DNA of 64,000 nt, taken from a virus (Duplodnaviria > Caudoviricetes). The notes beneath the pieces were generated by a model. The model did no database searches. It was not told the DNA's origin and was given only the letters and a program-made list of their open reading frames with translations. A program made the translations under genes and the position numbers. The DNA is taken from positions 1 through 64,000 of the IMG/VR virus record IMGVR_UViG_3300031555_001586. One strand, given 5' to 3'. Positions 29,497 to 37,412 of this stretch are shown here, piece by piece. How positions within the stretch are numbered: position 1 is the stretch's first letter; each line of letters opens with the position of its first letter.

Positions 29497-30198
29497 TTAT
29501 AAAGCATAGTCGATAAATACGGCCTTGTAATATCCCTTGTTGTAATCAAAGATTACGCCGGAGTTACCGCCGTTATGCATCGCATCACGCCAGCCCTGTT
29601 TTTTAGACATTCTAGCAAGTTTTTGAAGTCTTTCGTCGGCATCTTCACCGACATATCCATGTTCACGGTTCAAACGTTCGGCCTTGCGACATGCGCTATA
29701 TGCATCGGATACATAAACGGCCTTTTGTGCAATAATTACCACATTGTTTTGCATTGTCTCAGAAGTTGCGGTAACCTTATCAGATTTGCTAGTAAAATAC
29801 TTAAGAATCGGACAAAGTAAATCGGCGTATTCAGTTTCTGCGAACTCTACCCAACAATTGATTTCGTCAACCAACTGATTACCAGTGCATTTGGCGTGTT
29901 CACCATGGACATTAGGTACATAACCGCCAGTTTTATGACGCTTAATAACGATATACTTAAAAGCGTCACCCTCATGATTAACTAGGTGGCAAGTCTTAGT
30001 TGCGCCATGCTCACAGCTCCAATCATCACGGCTATACAGCTCGTTAATACGCCACTGGTCGTAAACCATGCCACGATTAGAGTTGGTATTGCAAGCAATC
30101 AACCATTCGATTAACGCACGATGGTTGTGCTTCTTTGCCTTTGCCATAGCGGACTGAATAGCTTTAGTTTCAGGGTTCTTTCTAGTTGTCATTGTCAT
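29497..30198 (-). CDS. protein kinase-like enzyme (minimal ePK-like fold)
   Basis: HGATKTC (P-loop), IVIKR (beta3 Lys), VDEINCW (alphaC Glu), DAMHNGGN (catalytic loop) and IDY (DFG-like). Confidence 0.65.
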   Translation of the reverse strand: MTMTTRKNPETKAIQSAMAKAKKHNHRALIEWLIACNTNSNRGMVYDQWRINELYSRDDWSCEHGATKTCHLVNHEGDAFKYIVIKRHKTGGYVPNVHGEHAKCTGNQLVDEINCWVEFAETEYADLLCPILKYFTSKSDKVTATSETMQNNVVIIAQKAVYVSDAYSACRKAERLNREHGYVGEDADERLQKLARMSKKQGWRDAMHNGGNSGVIFDYNKGYYKAVFIDYAL

Positions 30199-30704
30199 GA
30201 TAATGCATCTCCTTTTGTTGTTGCGGTATGTTATACCGTTGTTGTTGTCTACATTATAAGCTAGTCAAAAGCTACTTGTCAACTGATATGTTGCGAGTAC
30301 AAAACGCCCACCGTTCTTGTGCAATACTGCTATATCCCTTGGAGCGAGAAACTGCCTATGACTTAGGGCGTTTAGACGGTATAGCCCGCCCTAATTAGGG
30401 CCAGACCGCTTGACTGATTGGATTTTGCTTTGCTTTGGATGTCTCAATTATAGCTCATATTTTACACTTTTCAAGATGGGAAATTGCACAAAAAAAGAGC
30501 TTTAAAAAGCCCGTTTTGACTATGGTTTTTGTATAAAATACACAAACGAAAATATGGGCTTCGGTATATTATACAAAACAGATACACTGTTTATAGCTCT
30601 GTTTTGTGCACATTGTATAATATACAAAAGGATATAGCATATTGCACAAATAATATAGTTTTGTTTTGGCTATTTTGACGATAGACAAGGGGCGGTATAA
30701 TATA

Positions 30705-30866
30705 CGAACGAACGTTCGATAAAATAGTGTGACATAATATCGAACGAATGTTCTAAAAAATAGGGTGGTATAATATACAAAAATTTGTTCGAAAATATGG
30801 GCTGGTATGGATATAGAACAAATGTTCAATAATAGGGGTGGGGGGTGGTTTACAAACAAATGTTTG
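30705..30866. promoter_or_regulatory. cluster of Firmicutes LexA (SOS) boxes
   Basis: Perfect CGAAC-GAAC-GTTCG at 30705-30718; variants at 30741, 30815 and 30853. Confidence 0.65.
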
Positions 30867-30909
30867 TTTTCTTTTTTAGGAAGTTGGATATGGGGTTCAT
30901 CTATTCCTA

Positions 30910-31030
30910 AACGGTAAAAAAATTAACACGGTAAAAAATAACACAGCTAAACACAGCTAAACATAGCAATAACACAATCAAACACAATTAAACACAATCA
31001 AGCACTAACTAACACAATATAACAATCCCA
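30910..31030 (+). repeat. degenerate ~10-bp tandem repeat (AACACAGCTA / AACACAATCA)
   Basis: About 10 units at the start of an A/C-rich, G-poor non-coding tract. Confidence 0.75.
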
Positions 31031-31548
31031 CCTCTCCAACCTTTCATACTTCTCTCATCCCCAACCCCATCTCCATTCACATCCTCTCTCCTTTACCCCC
31101 TATATTCACGAAAACCCCACGAGCCAAAATAACGACCGTCTCAACCACAAAATCACAAACAACAACCAAAACACAAACCAATAATAACCTAAAAATAATG
31201 CACTAAACACAACAACTATAATTACAATAATCCAACAACGAAGTCAACATACATATTACAAATCCATATACCACTACTCATACACTCCAAATATCATAAA
31301 AAATATCCCATTAGTATCTCTAATCATCGTTAACTACAAACAACCTAAAAACAAGACAGCTTAAATCAAAACAAATATCCAAAATTTAATCATAAATACC
31401 GTCAAAATTTCCCGTGACAAAGATAAATAATAAAATAAATACATTGTTTTAATGCCATTTATAAAATTATCAAAATAATAATCGTAAATCGTATGTAACA
31501 TATACAAAAAATAAAATAAAAAATATTAAAAATTTTCTAAAAAAGTAC

Positions 31549-31577
31549 TTGACTTTTTAAAACAGATATGATATAAT
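31549..31577 (+). promoter_or_regulatory. sigmaA promoter for the rightward Rep-like/RNAP operon
   Basis: TTGACT-17 bp-TATAAT with an extended TG. Confidence 0.8.
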
Positions 31578-31754
31578 TCCATCAACGGTTGAGTTAAGAA
31601 ATTTATAACTAATAAATTGATATAAATATTAATTTATATAATTATTAAAGTTATAGACTATCTTATATAAAACCAATATAATAATCATATAAGAATCTGT
31701 GCTACGAATAACGCATCTTTTAAAACGTAGCTCAGTAAGTGGCCGCAGGTCACT

Positions 31755-31870
31755 ATAGTATTTTTATATATCTATATACTTATATGTATAGAACGGAAAA
31801 AAACCGTACATTTTGTACGGTGGTCAAAGCCAAAAATACAATTAGCACCGTACATTTTGTACGGTGGTCA
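31755..31870. repeat. double-palindrome module B (inverted copy of 6807-6918)
   Basis: Palindromes start at 31803 and 31847, the same 44-bp spacing, with the same TATATACTTATATGTAT..GAACGGAAAAAAA flank. Confidence 0.85.
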
Positions 31871-31909
31871 AAGCAAATTTCAAACATTAAAGGTGGTGAT
31901 AGAATCAGT

Positions 31910-32809
31910 GTGAATAACAGACATGAACAAAACCAATACAAAGTTATTGATGGCAAATATGAATACAAAAAACTCCCCCTAGAAGAATCGCAATCAAAAT
32001 ATATATACATTCCTTCGTCTGTTATTACGGACACTGAACTAGATGTAAGAAGAGTTGGAGTATTTTCATATTTAAGAATCCATTGCGGATTAAACAATGT
32101 AATTAATTTTACTGTTCCAGATGTAGTTGAATGGTGTGGTGGAAAGCCGGATAGAAGAGCAAATGGCTCTAATGATAAAACTTTGTCTACTATGGATTTA
32201 TTAAAGAATAGGGGTTATTTAACATATTTAACCGAAATTAGCAGAAGTTCCTTTATGAAATGTAGATTTAATACAGATTATTATTATGATAATTGTTCTA
32301 ATGGATATGCCGCTATTTATTTAGACGAGTTAGGTAGTATAATGAGTTATCAAAAAGACAACTCAAAAGATAGTACTATAAACAATACAACTATACTTCT
32401 TGTGTTCGCTTTTCTCAGACTCAGGATAAAGCGCAGACCGAATGAGCTAAAACCAGAGGAAAGATATCCAGATAATATTAAAAGTCGGAGAGAAAGACTT
32501 CCAGAGGCTTACAGCGGCAATATTAATGATATGGCTAATGAAATTGGAATATCGTCAAAGACTTTTTCAAAAATAATTGATATCCTTGAGTATGAGTTAT
32601 GTTTAATTGTAACCGATAGAGCTTATAGGATTAAGAATGAAAATAAAGAATTTAGAACACTGCCAACTATTTTTGCGAATGCTTATAAACGTGAAGACAG
32701 ATATCTTTTGGATACTGGTAGCGATTATAGCAGGACAGAAATAGAACTAAAGGCACGGCATTATCAAGATTATAAAATTGATAAAAGAAAAAGGAAAAGA
32801 AAGGAGTGA
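31910..32809 (+). CDS. putative replication initiator-like protein (tandem winged HTH)
   Basis: GTG start after SD AGGTGG; HTH-like segments TVPDVVEWCG and NINDMANEIGISSKTFSKII; lies next to module B. Confidence 0.5.
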   Translation: MNNRHEQNQYKVIDGKYEYKKLPLEESQSKYIYIPSSVITDTELDVRRVGVFSYLRIHCGLNNVINFTVPDVVEWCGGKPDRRANGSNDKTLSTMDLLKNRGYLTYLTEISRSSFMKCRFNTDYYYDNCSNGYAAIYLDELGSIMSYQKDNSKDSTINNTTILLVFAFLRLRIKRRPNELKPEERYPDNIKSRRERLPEAYSGNINDMANEIGISSKTFSKIIDILEYELCLIVTDRAYRIKNENKEFRTLPTIFANAYKREDRYLLDTGSDYSRTEIELKARHYQDYKIDKRKRKRKE

Positions 32810-32815
32810 ATGTAA

Positions 32816-33094
32816 ATGGATGAAAAATATATGGTAGATGATATATTGAATGAGCAATATTGTGAATATTTAAAAGACATCTTTTCTCTTCCAAAGAAAA
32901 GAGATGTATATAAACAACGAAATAATCTTTATCAAGAAGATAACAATTTCTATTTATCAGAATCTGATTTTTACCCATCTGCCGATAATAGAGTTTTAAA
33001 ATCATTTGTTGAAGATATAAACGGTGGAGATAATTTTGCTGATTATTGTGAGGAATTTTTTGAAATGCTTGAAGAAGAAGGATATTATGATTGA
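32816..33094 (+). CDS. acidic hypothetical protein
   Basis: 92-aa ORF with SD AAGGAG. Confidence 0.65.
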   Translation: MDEKYMVDDILNEQYCEYLKDIFSLPKKRDVYKQRNNLYQEDNNFYLSESDFYPSADNRVLKSFVEDINGGDNFADYCEEFFEMLEEEGYYD

Positions 33095-33127
33095 TAACTA
33101 ATAAGGTTATAAAGGGAAGGCGATAAA

Positions 33128-36043
33128 ATGAGTTTGGATGTTCAAGTGCAAATTCTGAGCGTAGATACAGGTAACTTTTACAGCAACAAGGAAGCGTCGT
33201 TGCACTGGTTAAATCACAAGCTCAGAATTGAAAGAAATGAATTAAAGAAAACAGAAAATAAAATCATGGATGAATTATCAAAATATGGCATAGACAAAAA
33301 TAATTTAGATGCAATTTTAAATCATGAATATGACTATAGTATTTGGAGTAATGATTACTCTACTATATTTGAACTAGGAAATAAATATTGCAGAATAAAA
33401 GAATTACTCAAATGGAAAAATGAAAAAATAAAAGAATCTAAGGACAAATTGCTCAAATTATTATCAAATAAAATCGAAAAGAATATAGAAACAAACGGTA
33501 ATCATCATATTAGAGAACTAAGAAACCTTAATCCTTCTGGAAACAAAGAAGATATTTTCAAATATGCAGACAAACCATTTAGTGATAATAAGATTATTTC
33601 AGTGTTTGATTCCGCTTTTACTAGAATGATTGGCGCAAAACAAGATGAACTTACCGAAGATTTTATGGTTATTCAGGTATATTACTTTGACATAATTAAA
33701 GATTTAATTTATCACGGTTTTACATATAAAGGAGAAAAATATATTTATTTTACTTCTTCTGCTGGACAGATTAGAACCAAGAAAACAGTCTTCATCAAAG
33801 AATCTGTATGGAATAAATATGAAAAAACAATTATGTGTGGTCTTACTATTGATGAAATTAATCGAAAAGGTGGCAATAATCCAAATAAACATTTGGCATA
33901 TATGGCATTAACCAATTCCGCCACTGATGTTTGGAAAGAATTTGATATTGATAAAACTATTGTCATCGAAGACTTTGAAACAAACGTATATGGAACTTAT
34001 GATTTAGTTGATGATAATGATTATTCTATAAAACGAATATCTGATTATGTACCTATTCCTCATACAGATGGTGCTGGTATGATGCTTCCTTGTATGGGCA
34101 AAAATCGCATGGTTCGTCTTCCTTGGGTAAAAGGATTGCTTGGTTCTTTTGATTATGTAAAATTCATAGAAGAATATAATTGTTCTCCTGTCATCAAAGA
34201 TATTTACGGAAAAGAACATGATATTATCGCAGAAGATATTCAAATCATTTTTACAAAATCACAGTTTAAAATGTGGAAATATTATGATTCTTGGGAACAA
34301 TATAAAGAATATTATAAGCAGTATGGTTGTTCTGCTGGCTATACTAATATAGAAGAAGATAAGATTAAAGATGCTACTATTAATTATCAAATGCTTCAAA
34401 CCCTTACAGACATTACCGATGAAGAAATGGATAAGATTGCAGACAGGTCTAATTCTAAATTAAATAATATTTGTTCTTCTATTAATGATATGAAGCGTGC
34501 ATTTGGCATTACTCCATATAACGATAATATGACATATTTGCAACAGGCTATTAATCTATATCCAGATTTAATGAATGATGAATATGTTAAAATTACCTTG
34601 AGAGAAATAAAAAATAGTATGGTCAAAAGATTTAAATCTGGAAGTTTATCTGTTTATGGAAAATATACATTTTTGTTACCAGACCTTTATGCTGCTTGTC
34701 AGTATTGGTTTATGGGAATTGAAAACCCAGAAGGACTATTGAAAGACGGAGAGGTTTTCTGTTGGTTGTTTAGAAAGAATGAAAAATTAGATTGTCTAAG
34801 AAGTCCACATTTGTACAAGGAACATGCCATTAGAAAAAATGTTGCTTGTAATAAAAACAAAGAACGACAAGAACAAATTAGAAAATGGTTTACTACTGAC
34901 GCTATATACACAAGCTGCCATGATTTAATTAGTAAGATTCTCCAATTTGATGTCGATGGGGACAAGAGTTTGGTTGTGGCAGATGAAAGTATAATTTCTA
35001 TTGCCGAGAGAAATATGGCTGATATAGTTCCATTATATTACAACATGAAAAAAGCGTCTCCTGTTCAATTAAATAATCAAACTATTTATGACGGATTAAA
35101 TGCTGCCTTTGTTGGTGGTAATATTGGTATTTACAGTAATAATATTTCAAAGATATGGAATAGTGAAGTATTTGTAAATGGTACAAACAAAGAAAAACAA
35201 GACGCAATCAACTTAGTTAAATTATTATGTATGGAAAATAATTTTGTGATTGATTACGCCAAAACGTTGTATAAACCAGAAAGGCCAAAACATATCCACG
35301 AAGAAATTACTGCTTTTACAAAAGGCAACGTCCCTCATTTCTTTATTTATGCGAAAGATAAGAAAGAGTCTCAAGTTGAAAACTTAAATGAAAGTTTTGT
35401 AAATAAGTTAGACCGTAAAATCATAAATCCAAGAATAAATTCAAGAAGTATTGGTTTGAAACCAATTGATTATAAATTAATGGTTAGTAATCCAAATGTT
35501 GAATGTAATGTTGTATTTAAAAAGAATGGAAAAATAAATGAAGAAAAAAGCGACCCTATGATTGTTAAGTATTTTGAATTAAATAATAAATACCATTTCA
35601 AGGTAAATATGGAATGTTCTGATATTCAAAAGGACGGACAATTAAACAATAGTCAATTAAAAGAAGTTCTATTCTTTAAAAGGGTAGGAAATGAAATTAA
35701 ACATGAGCTTTCTCAATTTGGATATACTGATAGTGAAATTGCAGATATTTTAGTTAAATTACTATATCATGTAAAGCCAAGTAGTCATAAAAGCGTATTG
35801 TGGTTTAGCTATGGCAATTATATAGTGGAAAATCTAAAAAAACATCTTAAACTAGCTACTAAAGTAATTCAGTGTGTTGATTGCGGCGAATGGTTTGAAG
35901 TCAATACAAAAGATACTGAAAGTTGCAGGTGTAAAGAATGTGTAAAAGAGCATAAAAGAATGATAAAAAGAGAACAAAATAAACGAGCATATGAGAAAAG
36001 AAAATTAAGTATGTCGCAAACCAGTTTCGAAAACAACCAATAA
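33128..36043 (+). CDS. yonO: single-subunit DNA-dependent RNA polymerase (SPbeta YonO-like)
   Basis: 971 aa; HTDGAGM, RSPH and the catalytic LQFDVDGD motif; C-terminal Zn ribbon; SPbeta-like gene context. Confidence 0.85.
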   Translation: MSLDVQVQILSVDTGNFYSNKEASLHWLNHKLRIERNELKKTENKIMDELSKYGIDKNNLDAILNHEYDYSIWSNDYSTIFELGNKYCRIKELLKWKNEKIKESKDKLLKLLSNKIEKNIETNGNHHIRELRNLNPSGNKEDIFKYADKPFSDNKIISVFDSAFTRMIGAKQDELTEDFMVIQVYYFDIIKDLIYHGFTYKGEKYIYFTSSAGQIRTKKTVFIKESVWNKYEKTIMCGLTIDEINRKGGNNPNKHLAYMALTNSATDVWKEFDIDKTIVIEDFETNVYGTYDLVDDNDYSIKRISDYVPIPHTDGAGMMLPCMGKNRMVRLPWVKGLLGSFDYVKFIEEYNCSPVIKDIYGKEHDIIAEDIQIIFTKSQFKMWKYYDSWEQYKEYYKQYGCSAGYTNIEEDKIKDATINYQMLQTLTDITDEEMDKIADRSNSKLNNICSSINDMKRAFGITPYNDNMTYLQQAINLYPDLMNDEYVKITLREIKNSMVKRFKSGSLSVYGKYTFLLPDLYAACQYWFMGIENPEGLLKDGEVFCWLFRKNEKLDCLRSPHLYKEHAIRKNVACNKNKERQEQIRKWFTTDAIYTSCHDLISKILQFDVDGDKSLVVADESIISIAERNMADIVPLYYNMKKASPVQLNNQTIYDGLNAAFVGGNIGIYSNNISKIWNSEVFVNGTNKEKQDAINLVKLLCMENNFVIDYAKTLYKPERPKHIHEEITAFTKGNVPHFFIYAKDKKESQVENLNESFVNKLDRKIINPRINSRSIGLKPIDYKLMVSNPNVECNVVFKKNGKINEEKSDPMIVKYFELNNKYHFKVNMECSDIQKDGQLNNSQLKEVLFFKRVGNEIKHELSQFGYTDSEIADILVKLLYHVKPSSHKSVLWFSYGNYIVENLKKHLKLATKVIQCVDCGEWFEVNTKDTESCRCKECVKEHKRMIKREQNKRAYEKRKLSMSQTSFENNQ

Positions 36044-36261
36044 ATAAGGTTATATGGATAATAAATAATTTTAAATAACCTAAAAATAAAGTCTATGAAA
36101 TAGTAGCTTTAAGGGAAACACTTCCTTTTTAAGCGATTGCTCTTAAAGGTTACTGGCAGAATGTCCTAATTAGAAACTACAGTTAGCCTTTAAGACATTT
36201 GCCGACCTTGTTTTATTTATAATAGTTGATTGATATATGTGTAATATATGGAGGTAATGTA

Positions 36262-36681
36262 TTGAAAACAATTATAACAAAAGAAAATTTAATTGGTATG
36301 ATTTCAGACAGATGCAGCGATGATTATATTTCGATTGAAGAATTATCTAAGTTAATTGATAAAGTAACTGATGAAAGAGGAATTATTTCTAAAAAGAAAT
36401 TAATTAAGTCTGTTAGAGGACACCATACAAAGGCGGTTATTAAGACTGTTTATTCTACATTAGAAGAATCACTTTTCAACATCCTTTCTTCTGTTGATGA
36501 AAATCAAGATGTTTCTATTAAATTATTTGAAGGTGTTACTCTTGATGGATGTTATTCTCCTGAAAAAACAAAGAAAAATAATTTAACTGGAAAAATGAGT
36601 TTTGTAGAGAGCAAAATCAAACCAAAATTCAACATTACTCGCTCTTATTGCGAGAAATTAAATAAAAATAATTTGGTATAA
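36262..36681 (+). CDS. HU/IHF-like DNA-binding protein (YonN-like position)
   Basis: TTG start after SD GGAGG; C-terminal SIKLFEG...NNLTGK....SKIKPKF pattern of the HU arm. Confidence 0.65.
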   Translation: MKTIITKENLIGMISDRCSDDYISIEELSKLIDKVTDERGIISKKKLIKSVRGHHTKAVIKTVYSTLEESLFNILSSVDENQDVSIKLFEGVTLDGCYSPEKTKKNNLTGKMSFVESKIKPKFNITRSYCEKLNKNNLV

Positions 36682-36827
36682 TCAGTGAAACTGTTTATAT
36701 ACAATGTCGCAGTTGTCCAATAGGGTGACTGCGACACACTTCTTTTCATTCATTTTTTATTGCCTTTCTTTTTTTGTTGGTTGTCTATTCTTACGGGTAG
36801 ACAACTGGCAAAAATTAATTATTATAT

Positions 36828-36911
36828 GCGAATGTGATGGAATTGGTAGACATGCCAGATTAAGGTTCTGGTGGCTATGCCGTATGAGTTCAAATCTCAT
36901 CATTCGTACCA
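36828..36911 (+). tRNA. trnL: tRNA-Leu (anticodon AAG), CCA encoded
   Basis: Acceptor GCGAATG/CATTCGT, anticodon arm CCAGA-TTAAGGT-TCTGG, long variable arm, TTCAAAT T-loop. Confidence 0.9.
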
Positions 36912-37050
36912 CCGCCTAAATGGGCTTAAAATACATTTGCGTGGTGCTAGTTCACGATTTAGAGCTGTTAGCTAGTCGGATTAGCTTGGTTCGTAAGAGT
37001 AGGTATGTACAGCCTATCAAGTAAGATAATAAAAAACGAGGTGAATGCAG

Positions 37051-37122
37051 ATGAAGAAGTTTCTGAAGATGCTGGTCGAGAATTTCAAGGAGTCTTGTGT
37101 TCTGATGTATCAGTTCATGTAA
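37051..37122 (+). CDS. 23-aa peptide MKKFLKMLVENFKESCVLMYQFM
   Basis: SD GAGGTG upstream; codon style (AAG/CTG/GAG) matches the capsid genes. Confidence 0.5.
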   Translation: MKKFLKMLVENFKESCVLMYQFM

Positions 37123-37132
37123 TTTGTAAGTA

Positions 37133-37218
37133 GGTATAGCGGTGTTATGAGTGTGACACAATATTGCAACCGTGGATGTTGCAATAGCTGGGGTAAATCC
37201 CCAGCATAAGCTATAACC
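37133..37218 (+). ncRNA. putative four-way-junction structured RNA
   Basis: Closing stem GGTATAGC/GCTATAACC encloses three hairpins. Confidence 0.45.
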
Positions 37219-37262
37219 GAATTTTTTATTTTATTTTTTATAATAAATAAATTTATATATAT

Positions 37263-37337
37263 GCTGGATTAGCTCAGCGGCAGAGCAATGCTCTTGTAAA
37301 GCATAGGTCGAGGTCTCGGAATCCTCATCCAGCTCCA
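37263..37337 (+). tRNA. trnT: tRNA-Thr (anticodon TGT) with atypical T-arm
   Basis: Acceptor GCTGGAT/ATCCAGC, ATGCT-CTTGTAA-AGCAT, CCA end; T-arm reads GAGGT-CTCGGAA-TCCTC. Confidence 0.75.
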
Positions 37338-37412
37338 TACATATTATATGCAGTGCATAAACGCACTGCTTTTTTTGTTTATATTTATTTTGAAAGGCGT
37401 GAATGTTTTATA

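Larger units (their letters stand above)
7770..30283 (-). promoter_or_regulatory. family of about 25 near-consensus sigmaA early promoters (ACTTGACA-N16/17-(TG)nTATAAT)
   Basis: Plus-strand text attata...tgtcaagt recurs before most early genes, e.g. 9531-9559, 20829-20857 and 30253-30282. Confidence 0.85.
9607..30778. repeat. dispersed array of the 11-bp quasi-palindrome GTATA(A/T)TATAC, about 80 copies by eye
   Basis: Clusters in early intergenic spacers, e.g. 25.0-25.65 kb (~15), 26.9-27.3 kb (~9) and 28.59-29.07 kb (~12). Confidence 0.9.

Noticed and set aside
170-30859. Many plus-strand ORFs of 60-145 aa in the left arm
   Set aside because: They overlap SD-led minus-strand genes or repeat-rich spacers, are Ile/Phe-rich antisense translations, and have no plus-strand promoters
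31739-31909. N-terminal extension of the Rep-like ORF given by the track
   Set aside because: It runs through the palindrome module; the SD AGGTGG supports the GTG at 31910
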